Counted from the first letter of the stretch, positions 54,879-64,000 are shown. The stretch is DNA of 64,000 nt from Anaerolineaceae bacterium (GCA_039683035.1 JBDKSE010000020.1:165158-229157); one strand, 5' to 3'. Program-made: numbers and translations. The notes: generated by a model from the sequence alone, not told the origin.

Positions 54879-56066
54879 ATGGCTGAATCCGATCTTTTCG
54901 ATGTTCCAATGTCGTCCCCCGATATCACCGACGCAGAGCGTGAAGCGGTGATGAAGGTACTTCACACTCCCAATCTGAGCATTGGGCCGCAAATCGGTGC
55001 CTTTGAAAGAAGTGTGGCTGATTACGTCGGCGCGAAGGAAGCAGTGGGGGTGAATTCGGGTACCGCCGGGCTGCATTTATGCGTGCGCGCAGCAGGCATC
55101 GGCAGCGGCGACCTGGTGATCACCACGCCCTTCTCCTTTGTGGCTTCGGCAAATGTGATCTTGTATGAGAACGCCATCCCGGTATTCGTCGATGTCGATC
55201 CGCTCACCGGTAATATCCGCCCGGATCTGGTTGCGGAAGCTGCCCGGGACTTTGCGGCGGGCGGAGAGGCAGCCATCAAATGGCTGCCTGCCAAGGGCGC
55301 TGAACATGCGGGCAGGCTCAAAGCCGTACTGGCGGTGGACGTCTTCGGTCAGCCGGCTGATTTTGACGCCCTGCGCAAGACCACAGATCGGTACGACCTG
55401 ACCCTGATCGAGGATTCCTGCGAGGCGCTGGGAGCAAAATACAAGGACCGTTTTGCCGGCACTTTGGGTGACTACGGCGTGTTCGCTTTTTACCCCAACA
55501 AGCAGATCACCACCGGCGAAGGCGGCTTGATCGTGACCGACCGGTCGAAGGAAGCTTTATTCATGAAAGGCCTCCGCAGTCAGGGGCGCGCACCGGGAGA
55601 TACCTGGCTGCAGCACACCTACCTGGGTTACAACTACCGACTGGATGAGATGAGCGCTGCCCTGGGTGTTGCCCAGATGGAGCGCATCGAGGAGCTGCTT
55701 CAGAAACGCCAGCAGGTGGCAGACTGGTACGGCGAGCGGTTGTCAGAGATCCAGGGAGTCATGCCTCCGCAGTTGGTTCCTGAGACCACCCGGGTGAGCT
55801 GGTTCGTTTATGTTGCCCGCTTTGACCCCGCGCTTAACCGCGATCAAATTGCCAGACGGCTGACCGAAAAGCGCATTCCGGTGCGTCCGTACTTCCTGCC
55901 GATCCATTTGCAGCCGTATATGGTTGAGCGATTCGGTTTTCAGCCCGGCGACTTCCCGGTGACCGAAGACCTGGGCAATCGTGGACTGGCGCTGCCGTTC
56001 TCCGGCAAAATGACTGAAGGACAGGTCGATTTTGTGTGCCGGGCTTTGCGCGAGTCCCTTCGCTAA
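54879..56066 (+). CDS. DegT/DnrJ/EryC1/StrS-family PLP-dependent sugar aminotransferase
   Basis: P.I...E..AV..VL......GP....FE......G.......NSGTAGLHL, then FYPNKQITTGEGG (PLP lysine). Confidence 0.9.
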   Translation: MAESDLFDVPMSSPDITDAEREAVMKVLHTPNLSIGPQIGAFERSVADYVGAKEAVGVNSGTAGLHLCVRAAGIGSGDLVITTPFSFVASANVILYENAIPVFVDVDPLTGNIRPDLVAEAARDFAAGGEAAIKWLPAKGAEHAGRLKAVLAVDVFGQPADFDALRKTTDRYDLTLIEDSCEALGAKYKDRFAGTLGDYGVFAFYPNKQITTGEGGLIVTDRSKEALFMKGLRSQGRAPGDTWLQHTYLGYNYRLDEMSAALGVAQMERIEELLQKRQQVADWYGERLSEIQGVMPPQLVPETTRVSWFVYVARFDPALNRDQIARRLTEKRIPVRPYFLPIHLQPYMVERFGFQPGDFPVTEDLGNRGLALPFSGKMTEGQVDFVCRALRESLR

Positions 56067-56075
56067 TCGGGATCA

Positions 56076-56987
56076 ATGAACGCCATCAGAAGATTCACGC
56101 CGAACAAACGCCGCGGGACGATCCTGCACTCCGTCCTGCTGGCGTTTTTGGCGGGGGTGATCGGGTTTCTCTTCTGGCTGGCATTTCAACAGGCTGCCCG
56201 CGGACTGCTTTTTCTTTACCTCATCATCGGCGTGGTTTTAATGGTGCCATTTGGAGTACTGGGGTATAGGCTCTATGCCTTGTTGAACGCCAGCTACACC
56301 ATCGATCGCGACCGCCTGAGCATCCGCTGGGGGCTGCGTGTCGAAGAAATTCCGCTTCCCGAAATCGAATGGGTCCGCCCGCTGGATGAGCTGGGAGAGC
56401 CGCTGTCTGCCCCGCTGTTGTCGATGCCGGGAGCCTTTCTGGGCTCGGTCCGGAGCGCCAACCTGGGTGAGGTCGAGTTCATGGCTTCCGAGATGGCGGA
56501 AGCGGTTGTGGTTGCATCGAATCGCATTATCGTCGTGGTATCTCCTGAAAAGCCGGCAGAATTAGTACGCGCCTTCCAGGATGCCGCCGAAATGGGCAGC
56601 CTGATCACACCGGAACCGCGGTCGTCACACCCGGGGGCATATGTCTTCAACGTTTTCAAGGACCGCCCGGCGTTGATGCTGCTGATCGGCCTAACGGTCA
56701 GTGCAGCAGCTTTGACCGTACTCGATGCTCTCCTAGTACTGGGACGCGAGACCATTTCGCTGGGGTTCGCCTCTAACGGCAGCCTGCTGGAACCCGTCCC
56801 TGCCTCCTACTTGCTGCTGCTCCCGGTGCTGGGGCTGATCATCTATGTGATCGACCTGGCAGCCGGGCTGTTCTTTTTCCCCCGCAGCAACAAACAACTG
56901 GCGGCTTATGCGATATGGGCAGCCGGCATCCTGACCACGCTTTTACTCATCGCCGCTTCCCTGATCCTCTATTTTTCCGCAGGATAA
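56076..56987 (+). CDS. Membrane protein with a bacterial PH-like (DUF304-type) domain
   Basis: Two N-terminal TM segments, YTIDRDRLSIRWGLRVEEIPLPEI, and additional C-terminal TM segments. Confidence 0.55.
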   Translation: MNAIRRFTPNKRRGTILHSVLLAFLAGVIGFLFWLAFQQAARGLLFLYLIIGVVLMVPFGVLGYRLYALLNASYTIDRDRLSIRWGLRVEEIPLPEIEWVRPLDELGEPLSAPLLSMPGAFLGSVRSANLGEVEFMASEMAEAVVVASNRIIVVVSPEKPAELVRAFQDAAEMGSLITPEPRSSHPGAYVFNVFKDRPALMLLIGLTVSAAALTVLDALLVLGRETISLGFASNGSLLEPVPASYLLLLPVLGLIIYVIDLAAGLFFFPRSNKQLAAYAIWAAGILTTLLLIAASLILYFSAG

Positions 56988-56992
56988 CCGGC

Positions 56993-57832
56993 ATGAGCCC
57001 TATCCCAGATCTTCCGCAAATCGTCCTGGGGGCCGCCCTGGCGCTTGCGGTTGTGATGGGGGCTTTTGCCGCCCGCGCATTGACCTTTTCCGGTGCGGCT
57101 GCGGCGTTTATTTTGGGCACGCTGGTCTTCGGCTTCGGCGGACTCCCCTGGGCGGTTCTGCTGCTCACTTTCTTTATCAGTTCAAGCCTTCTTTCGCTGC
57201 TCTTCAAACGTCGCAAGTCGGCGGGCGGAATGGAGAATGAAAAGGGATCCCGAAGGGATGCCTGGCAGGTGCTTGCCAACGGGGGGATCGCCGGTTTGAT
57301 GGCGTTGATCAGTTGGCGGTTCCCGAATTCGATCATCCCCTGGCTGGCAGGCGCGGCCGCACTGGCAGCCGCCAATGCCGACACCTGGGCGACAGAATTG
57401 GGCACCCTGAGCCGAAAGGATCCTGTTCTCATTACCACGGGTAAAAGTGCTTTGAGGGGTACTTCTGGAGCGGTCAGCCTAATTGGTATTGCAGCATCCA
57501 CCGCAGGAGCGGTGCTGATTGCAGCGGTTTTTTGGATTCCGGCTCATTTTTTTGGCAGCAACTGGTCCGCAGGGCAGTATCTTTGGCTGACGTTCGCGGT
57601 CTGCATGGGAGGGTTGGCAGGCAGCCTGGTGGATTCACTCCTCGGGGCGACCCTGCAGGCGGTTTATTACTGCCCGGTGTGTCAGAAAGAGACGGAGCAG
57701 CATCCGCTCCACCATTGCCATACGCAGACGACCCTTGTCCGCGGGTTGAATTGGTTGAATAACGACTGGGTGAACTTCTTCTGCACTTTGTCTGGTGCGC
57801 TGATAGCTCTTATTTTCTACATTCTCATTTAG
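56993..57832 (+). CDS. DUF92 (TMEM19-like) integral membrane protein
   Basis: NADTWATELGTLS......TSGAVSLIG...SLLGATLQ pattern. A CxxC...HHCH cluster lies near the C-terminus. Confidence 0.7.
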   Translation: MSPIPDLPQIVLGAALALAVVMGAFAARALTFSGAAAAFILGTLVFGFGGLPWAVLLLTFFISSSLLSLLFKRRKSAGGMENEKGSRRDAWQVLANGGIAGLMALISWRFPNSIIPWLAGAAALAAANADTWATELGTLSRKDPVLITTGKSALRGTSGAVSLIGIAASTAGAVLIAAVFWIPAHFFGSNWSAGQYLWLTFAVCMGGLAGSLVDSLLGATLQAVYYCPVCQKETEQHPLHHCHTQTTLVRGLNWLNNDWVNFFCTLSGALIALIFYILI

Positions 57833-57847
57833 CTCAAGGGTCTGATA

Positions 57848-59095
57848 TTGAAATCCTCACCATTGCGGCTTTACCTGATCTACAGTTTCAGCTCCTCCCT
57901 GTTTTATCAACTGATCTTCACCGTGAACATGCTTTATTACATCCTGGTCGCCAGGCTCGACCCGCTGCAGCTTGTGCTGGTTGGGACGGCGCTTGAGGTT
58001 TCAGTTTTCCTGTTCGAGGTCCCCACCGGAGTGGTTGCCGACAGTTTCAGCCGAAGGATGTCAGTGATTATCGGAGTCTTTATCATCGGAGCGGGGTATA
58101 TCCTGAACGGTCTATTTCCTGTATTTGGTACGATCGTGCTGGCACAGGTTCTATGGGGACTGGGATACACCTTCACCAGCGGTGCGCTTCAGGCGTGGAT
58201 TAGCGATGAAATCGGGGAGCAGGAATCAGCGCATGCATTCCTTCGGGGAAGCCGCACGGAACAATGGGGAGGTTTGCTTGGGGTGGTGCTGAGCATTGGA
58301 CTGGCCGCGTTCTCGCTTCGCGCACCCATTTTGATCGGCGGTGGATTGTTCGTTGCCCTGGGGATTTATCTTCTGCTGCGCATGCCTGAGACCGGGTTCA
58401 AACCCCTTTCGATGGAACAGCGGAATGGGTGGAATCACCTGGCGTCCACATTCAAACAGGGGCTTGCGATGGTGAAATTACGCCCCGCGCTGATCGCCAT
58501 TCTCGGTGTTGGATTTCTTTTCGGCATGTACAGCGAGGGCTATGACCGCCTGTGGACGGCGCACCTGGTGGATTCATTTACCTTCCCCATGATTCCGGGA
58601 CTGGATCATTTGGCGGATCCAGCGGAATTCAACCTGGTGATCTGGTTCGGCGCTTTGAAAGCAGCGGTAATGATCCTTTCCGCATTGGCGCTTTCTTTGA
58701 TTGAAAAACGCCTGCACCATCCCAGGATGAACGCATTGATCACCAGCCTGATTCTTTGCAGCGGGGTGCTCGTTTTGTGCCTGCTTGGTTTTGCCCTGGC
58801 ACAAAATCTGACGTTGATGCTGATCCTGGTGGCGTTGATCGGGATGATCCGGGAAGTCATCAACCCCATTTACACCGCATGGGTTAACCAGAAGTTGGAT
58901 TCCTCAGTGAGGGCTACGGTCATTTCACTGAGCAGCCAGGTGGATGCGATTGGACAGATTGCCGGGGGACCGGTGGTGGGTATGATCGCCAAAAGCGCTT
59001 CCATTTCCTCTGGGTTGTTGGCTTCTGGACTAATTCTTGCACCCGTTTTGGTATTGCTTGGTTTGCAGCGGAATCGGGAAGAATTGTCCGACTAA
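57848..59095 (+). CDS. MFS transporter
   Basis: 415 aa, about 12 TM segments. TTG start at 57848, taken from the ORF track. Confidence 0.75.
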   Translation: MKSSPLRLYLIYSFSSSLFYQLIFTVNMLYYILVARLDPLQLVLVGTALEVSVFLFEVPTGVVADSFSRRMSVIIGVFIIGAGYILNGLFPVFGTIVLAQVLWGLGYTFTSGALQAWISDEIGEQESAHAFLRGSRTEQWGGLLGVVLSIGLAAFSLRAPILIGGGLFVALGIYLLLRMPETGFKPLSMEQRNGWNHLASTFKQGLAMVKLRPALIAILGVGFLFGMYSEGYDRLWTAHLVDSFTFPMIPGLDHLADPAEFNLVIWFGALKAAVMILSALALSLIEKRLHHPRMNALITSLILCSGVLVLCLLGFALAQNLTLMLILVALIGMIREVINPIYTAWVNQKLDSSVRATVISLSSQVDAIGQIAGGPVVGMIAKSASISSGLLASGLILAPVLVLLGLQRNREELSD

Positions 59096-59245
59096 AACCT
59101 TACCCACACATTACAGATTTGAAATGAAGGTTTACTGCAGATCAAAAGACGTATAATTTAGATCATGTAGAGTCCGGTTTCGGGGGCTTTATTCTAGTTT
59201 TTGTTCTCTTAATTGCATTGGAGTTCTAAATTGAAGGAACAGCGG

Positions 59246-59749
59246 ATGCTATTTCACGGTAAGGGGCGCCAACGCGGTCAGGCGATGGTGGAACTCGCCA
59301 TGGTCCTGCCCCTTTTCCTGCTCCTCCTGGTGGGAATCATGGAGGTCGCCAGGATTGTATTCATTTATAACGCTGTATATACTGCCAGCCGGGAAGCAGC
59401 CCGATATGGAGCCTCCACCGGCCCAAACGCGAGCGGTGTGCCCCGCTACAATGACTGCAATGGTATGCGCGCTCAGGCAAAGAAAACCGGGATTCTCGCG
59501 CAGCTCACTGATGCGAATATCACAATTTCATACGACGGCGGTCCGGACAGCCTGGGCAATACCGTGTCCAAGGGCGGCTGCCCTGCCGCGCCCAACACCT
59601 TGACGTTGGGTGACCGGGTGGTGGTAAGCATTAGCAAAACCTACACCACCCTGGTCCCGATTACCGGATTCAGTTTTCCAATCACCTCCACCACCGGCCG
59701 TACATTGATCAAGGACCTGGATGTCAACTGGAATCCACCGAGTCCATAA
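59246..59749 (+). CDS. TadE-like pilus/pseudopilus assembly protein
   Basis: GQAMVELAMVLPLFLLLLVGIMEVARI N-terminal TadE motif. Confidence 0.75.
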   Translation: MLFHGKGRQRGQAMVELAMVLPLFLLLLVGIMEVARIVFIYNAVYTASREAARYGASTGPNASGVPRYNDCNGMRAQAKKTGILAQLTDANITISYDGGPDSLGNTVSKGGCPAAPNTLTLGDRVVVSISKTYTTLVPITGFSFPITSTTGRTLIKDLDVNWNPPSP

Positions 59750-59768
59750 AGGATTAAGGCAGTCATCC

Positions 59769-60221
59769 ATGAAATCCACCGCATTTCAAAAAAGGGAAAA
59801 GGGTCAAAGTCTGATGGAGCTTGCCATCAGCCTGATCCTGTTGCTGCTCATTCTGGCCGGGATCGTGGACCTGGGGAGGGCTGTTTATACTTTGATGGCG
59901 CTGCAGGATGCTGCAGAAGAGGGTTTGGTCTATGGCGTGGCATTCCCCCGCGAATGCGCAAACATTGAAAACCGGGTGCGATATAACATTTCGGGGGTTC
60001 ACCCGGAAGACACCGTCGTAACAATTTATATCAAGAATAGTTCTGGAGTACCTGTAACATGTTCCACCATCGGCTCCGCAGATGTGGTTGCGGGGCGCGA
60101 AATGCTGATCGAGGTGACGCAGGCATTTCAGATTACCATGCCATTCCTGGGTGCGGTCACCGGTCAAACTATTCCATTGAAAGCAACTGCAAACGGCGTG
60201 CTGCTCAGACCACAGCCGTAA
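59769..60221 (+). CDS. TadE-like protein (second copy)
   Basis: GQSLMELAISLILLLLILAGIVDLGRA N-terminal TadE motif. Confidence 0.75.
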   Translation: MKSTAFQKREKGQSLMELAISLILLLLILAGIVDLGRAVYTLMALQDAAEEGLVYGVAFPRECANIENRVRYNISGVHPEDTVVTIYIKNSSGVPVTCSTIGSADVVAGREMLIEVTQAFQITMPFLGAVTGQTIPLKATANGVLLRPQP

Positions 60222-60237
60222 GGTGCAGGAGGCGGAT

Positions 60238-61557
60238 ATGAAACAAAAAACAAAAACTTCTGCTACCAGGGAAACGGGACAAATCCTGGTGATCCTTGCC
60301 CTGGCGATTGTTGCCATTATTGCTTTCGCAGGGTTGGCGATTGATGGAAACCGGATTTATCATTCACGCCGCGTAAATCAAAGCACTGCAGATTCTGCCG
60401 CCCTGGCTGGTGCCGGAGCGGCTGCTCAATACGTCAAAAGCCAACAATACGCGATTTTCAAATGCGAAGTGCCCATCAACACGCTTTCGGCCCAGGCATC
60501 TGATCGCGGGATCACCGCCGCGGTGGCCTCGGCGTTGCAGGATAATGTCACCCTGCGGCGTTATGACCTGAGCACGAACAACGGCGTCACGTCCGTTTGT
60601 GCTTCCGATGGGAAACGCGTTTACCTGGATATTATCGTTCGAGTGACGACCCAAACCCCCACGACTTTGATGACGCTTCTTGGTATCAATTCGGTCAAGA
60701 CATCCGCGACTGCCACTGTCCGCATCTACCCCGTGCAATCAGCAGCCTACGGTAATGCGTTGGCATCACTCAAGCATACTTGCGGGCCTGATGGCGGTAT
60801 TGCCTTTGGCGGTACCAGCAATGTGGATATCAAACAGGGTGGTGTTTTTTCGAATTCTTGTATTGTTCCCAACGGTGGTCCGACCGTCAAAGTGGAGAAT
60901 GGGGAAATCTTTTATTATTACACATTCGGGTATACCCCCATTGCCAGTATCACGCCCAATCCCTCCCCGACCACGGATCGGCTCGGCGACGACTTGATTC
61001 CAGCGCCTGTATGCCCGAACACGTCTTACAGTAACGCCTCGGGCTCTTCAGGAACAAAAGACCCTGGCAATTATACCGATCTCTCGGTCAAATCCAATGA
61101 TACCCTGACAATGAAACCGGGTTTGTATTGCTTGAAGGGAACATTCTCGGTCAATGCCAATGCCAAAGTCATAGCCAACGGCGTAACACTGTACTTTATC
61201 AACGGTGCGCCAGACTTCAACGGTTCTGCCATCCTGACGCTTTCTGCACCTCCCTCGTGCCCCAGCAAGAACTGCCCTGCCCAGGGTGTGCCGCCAGCGG
61301 TTCCCGGTTTGCTGATCTACGTGGACAAGACGAACTCCAGCACCATCACCCTCAACGGTACTTCTACAAACGATTACCAGGGCACAATTTATGCACCTTC
61401 GTCACTGGTAAAAATCAACGGTACCTCTGATTCCAAGACCATGTACACCCAGATCATTTCGCGCGAGATCCTGATTGACGGCAAGGCAAACCTGCTGATG
61501 GATCAACTCAGTGACGACCAATTCAAGTATGAATCCTCAATGGAGTTCTTGAAATAA
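60238..61557 (+). CDS. TadG-like (putative Flp-pilus assembly, N-terminal TadG motif) large secreted protein
   Basis: RBS AGGAGG. GQILVILALAIVAIIAFAGLAIDGNRIY, followed by a Ser/Thr/Asn-rich beta-type region. Confidence 0.65.
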   Translation: MKQKTKTSATRETGQILVILALAIVAIIAFAGLAIDGNRIYHSRRVNQSTADSAALAGAGAAAQYVKSQQYAIFKCEVPINTLSAQASDRGITAAVASALQDNVTLRRYDLSTNNGVTSVCASDGKRVYLDIIVRVTTQTPTTLMTLLGINSVKTSATATVRIYPVQSAAYGNALASLKHTCGPDGGIAFGGTSNVDIKQGGVFSNSCIVPNGGPTVKVENGEIFYYYTFGYTPIASITPNPSPTTDRLGDDLIPAPVCPNTSYSNASGSSGTKDPGNYTDLSVKSNDTLTMKPGLYCLKGTFSVNANAKVIANGVTLYFINGAPDFNGSAILTLSAPPSCPSKNCPAQGVPPAVPGLLIYVDKTNSSTITLNGTSTNDYQGTIYAPSSLVKINGTSDSKTMYTQIISREILIDGKANLLMDQLSDDQFKYESSMEFLK

Positions 61558-61570
61558 TACCCATAAACAG

Positions 61571-61603
61571 AAAAGAGCTGGCCGCAAAGCCAGCTCTTTT
61601 TTT
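61571..61603. terminator. Bidirectional intrinsic terminator
   Basis: AAAAGAGCTGGC-CGCAAA-GCCAGCTCTTTT followed by a T-run. It lies between convergent genes. Confidence 0.8.
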
Positions 61604-61628
61604 GTGTTGTTACGTCAGGACCAGGTCA

Positions 61629-62309
61629 CTAACCATGGTGACCGTTCGAACTGTCGACATCCAGCCGGTAGCCAACACCGCGGATGGTCTTGATATACCT
61701 GGGGTGCCGCGGATTCTCTTCCACTGCCTGCCTAAGCCAGCTCATGTGTACATCCAGAGAACGGGTATCCCCGGTATAATCCGTTTCCCAGGCTTCGCGG
61801 AATAGTCTTTCACGCTCGATCACTTCACCTGGATGTTCCAGAAGGATCTTGAACAAAATCATCAAGCGGGGAGTCAAGCGGATCTGGTGTTCATCCACCA
61901 TCACCCGCCGTTGTTCCACGTCCAACTGGAAAGGTCCGGCAGCAAGTGTGGCATTGTTTTCCACAGGCAGCAGATGGCGTATGCGGTTGACCAGTTTCTG
62001 CATGGTGAAAGGAAGCGGCAACACGAGATCGGCGCCGTAATTACCATTGGGGTCAACTTCCGGTCGAATTACCAGAATGATCGGCAGGTTTGTAGCTTTT
62101 TCGTGAAGTGATTGGCAAATGCGTTTCCCCGAGGTTCGCATGGAGGAGGAATCGATCACAGCCAGGTCTGGAATTCCCATCTCAAAGTGAGCCAGTGCCG
62201 CTGAACCGCTCGGAACACTTTCGACCATAAAGCCTTTCTTGATCAATCCAGCAGTGAAAGATTGATGGTCGGCGTGTTTACCTTCGATTAAAAGAATTCT
62301 AGGTTTCAT
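61629..62309 (-). CDS. Orphan OmpR-family regulator with an atypical (degenerate) receiver domain
   Basis: Winged helix IKTIRGVGYRL. The receiver has the acceptor Asp (AVIDSS), but EG replaces the DD/DE pair, LVIR replaces the conserved Thr/Ser position and LPLPF replaces KPF. Confidence 0.8.
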   Translation of the reverse strand: MKPRILLIEGKHADHQSFTAGLIKKGFMVESVPSGSAALAHFEMGIPDLAVIDSSSMRTSGKRICQSLHEKATNLPIILVIRPEVDPNGNYGADLVLPLPFTMQKLVNRIRHLLPVENNATLAAGPFQLDVEQRRVMVDEHQIRLTPRLMILFKILLEHPGEVIERERLFREAWETDYTGDTRSLDVHMSWLRQAVEENPRHPRYIKTIRGVGYRLDVDSSNGHHG

Positions 62310-62614
62310 CGCTTGAATTTTTCCACGCTTTTCAAGAAATTGTCAACTTGCAAAAATGATGTTCGATTGTACAGAAAAACCAATGCCTAATTAATGTTCG
62401 TGAGTCAAGCAACGCCAGCCTTGCCGATCGAGATCTCCTACGACCCCGCTGAGTGTGATCCATCATATGCTGCAGTTGATTGACAGTGACTCTTTTCCGA
62501 TGGTCTGGAACGATGTTCGCTTATTATACACCATCTTAAAAAACGCAAGACTCAAATTTACGCAATTCAAAATATTCTTAAAAACTCGCTGAAATTCGGT
62601 AAATCTCCCCTTTG

Positions 62615-62643
62615 TTGCATCCACTTTCTGCCCGTGTTAGAAT
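62615..62643 (+). promoter_or_regulatory. Sigma-70-like promoter upstream of the DUF151 gene
   Basis: TTGCAT-17 nt-TAGAAT, 43 nt upstream of ATG 62686. Confidence 0.4.
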
Positions 62644-62685
62644 TATGCAGAGTACCGAAAGAGGTGGCTGAGTTGGGAGATACAC

Positions 62686-63318
62686 ATGCCTGAAATGGTC
62701 GAAGTCATGATCGATAGCGTACGGGTCAGCCTGACCAATCAACAGCGGATCATCCTGCTGCGTGAGTTGGGGGGCGAAACCTTTTTGCCGATCTGGGTTG
62801 GACCATACGAAGCGGAAGCCATCACCATTGCGCTTCAGGAAATTGAGATCTCCCGCCCGCAAACTCATGATCTGTTGATCTCGGTATTCAGTCATCTGAA
62901 CGCGCGTTTGGTCCGAGTGGAAGTGACCGAATTGCGCGGCGATGTGTTCTATGGAAATCTGGTGCTTGAGGTCAATGGCGGGCAATTGAATATCGATACA
63001 CGCCCATCGGATGCCATTGCGCTGGCAGTGAGGGCACACGCTCCCATATTTGTCAGCAAGAGCATCCTGCTCGAAGCGGGAATAACGCCTGAAAAGGAAA
63101 TCAAACCTGAAAATCAAAAAGCTGATAAAGGCGGAGATTCCACATCTGCCCCGCAGGCTGAAGAGCCGGAATCCACAGAAAGACTTTCAGTGTTTGAAGA
63201 TTTCCTTCAGAATCTCGACTTGGGTGATATGAGCGATACGCCGGGCGATGAGGATTCACCCGACAAACCGCAGGATGAACCGCCGGATTCCGGCGATACC
63301 CCGAAGAAAAAGAAATAA
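62686..63318 (+). CDS. Bifunctional nuclease family (DUF151/BFN) protein with an acidic, Lys-terminated tail
   Basis: LPIWVGPYEAEAI...RPQTHDL...VEVTELRGDVFYG......IDTRPSDAIALAVR..APIFV. Confidence 0.8.
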   Translation: MPEMVEVMIDSVRVSLTNQQRIILLRELGGETFLPIWVGPYEAEAITIALQEIEISRPQTHDLLISVFSHLNARLVRVEVTELRGDVFYGNLVLEVNGGQLNIDTRPSDAIALAVRAHAPIFVSKSILLEAGITPEKEIKPENQKADKGGDSTSAPQAEEPESTERLSVFEDFLQNLDLGDMSDTPGDEDSPDKPQDEPPDSGDTPKKKK

Positions 63319-63381
63319 ATTGGAGACTTTTGTACGACCTTTTACCCTCTTCATTGACTGCCAGAAAAGATCGGATGAAGG

Positions 63382-64000
63382 ATGATGACTGATTTTCCGC
63401 CGTTAGATGATAATTCCACCGCTGAAATCCAGACCCAGCCTAACAGCCGCGAGGCGGAAGAGGCGGTGTTGGGTTCCGTATTGATCTACCCCGAGGCTTA
63501 CCTCGACGTTGCGCAGATCCTGCAATTGGACGATTTTTATATCATCCGCAACCAGTGGATCTGGGAGACCTTTACCCGTCTGCACGAAACGCGTTCACAG
63601 ATCGATGTGCTCACGGTATCCAGCGATCTGGAAGAACACAACCGGTTGACCGAGGTGGGGGGGCAATCCTACCTGCTCTCCCTGGTCAATCAGACCCCCA
63701 CAGCTCTTCACGCCGAGGCTTACGCCAAGATCGTTGCCCAAAATTCGATCCGGAGGAAGATGCTCGGCGCGGCCAACGATCTTGCCAAACTGGCCTACGA
63801 CCAGGAAAAGACCGTTGAGACGATCATCGACGAAGCGGAAAAATCCATCTTTGGGTTGAGCGAACGGCGAGTGCGGCATGACATCGAACCCATTGCCACG
63901 GTATTGTCGCATTATTATGACCGCATCGGAGACCTGTCGCAGCGCGATGAAGAGATTTTCGGCGTTCCCACTGGACTGATGGACCTGGACCGGCTTCTGG
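63382..64000 (+). CDS. dnaB: Replicative DNA helicase DnaB, N-terminal part; the 3' end lies outside the window
   Basis: Frame open from ATGATG 63382 to the window end. PNSREAEEAVLGSVLIYPEAY...GGQSYLLSL....PTALHAEAYAKIV......R and GVPTGLMDLD are DnaB N-terminal and linker motifs. Confidence 0.9.
   Translation, partial: MMTDFPPLDDNSTAEIQTQPNSREAEEAVLGSVLIYPEAYLDVAQILQLDDFYIIRNQWIWETFTRLHETRSQIDVLTVSSDLEEHNRLTEVGGQSYLLSLVNQTPTALHAEAYAKIVAQNSIRRKMLGAANDLAKLAYDQEKTVETIIDEAEKSIFGLSERRVRHDIEPIATVLSHYYDRIGDLSQRDEEIFGVPTGLMDLDRLL

Noticed and set aside
52899-55076. 725-aa minus-strand ORF spanning the CPBP, proS and DegT genes
   Set aside because: It is antisense to three well-supported genes, including proS. 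Its composition is a GC-frame artefact.

Overview
A G+C-rich chromosomal segment, clearly above 50% G+C by eye. It is densely coding, mostly with housekeeping and envelope genes. The protein repertoire (TadE/TadE/TadG trio, bactofilin, bacterial RIO kinase, NBR1-like and FN3-rich secreted proteins, many lipoprotein signal peptides) suggests a Chloroflexota/Anaerolineae-like organism; this is inference only.

Main blocks, in order:
- 1-5.6 kb: exported phosphoesterase and GH99-like enzymes.
- 5.7-8.1 kb: glycerate kinase, then a low-GC glycosyltransferase-like singleton.
- 8.25-16.8 kb, minus strand: one long operon joining a BMP-type nucleoside ABC importer to a three-subunit xanthine-dehydrogenase-family molybdoenzyme.
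- 17-22.3 kb: HtrA protease, small proteins and an OmpR/HAMP-kinase pair.
- 22.5-33.2 kb: a compact PUFA-synthase-like secondary-lipid cluster. It has a 2760-aa KS-CP-AT-KS-CP-CP-KR-DH megasynthase, an Sfp-type PPTase and a convergent PfaD-type enoyl reductase. All three carrier domains carry Thr where the phosphopantetheinylated Ser is expected.
- 34.26-36.52 kb: a sharply AT-rich two-gene islet close to tRNA-Lys(CUU). One gene is a DUF559/Vsr-like nuclease fusion and the other is an orphan. The islet is bracketed by a short bipartite direct repeat. I rate it the best candidate for an undescribed defence or selfish module.
- 37.3-64 kb: msrPQ, MFS transporters, RIO kinase preceded by a promoter/22-codon sORF/terminator unit, add, sugar-modification genes, mntH-usp-bactofilin-CPBP, proS, the Tad-like trio, an atypical orphan OmpR-family regulator, a DUF151 nuclease and the 5' part of dnaB.

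No rRNA, CRISPR array, transposase or integrase was seen. All functional calls come from motif recognition by eye; no database search was run.
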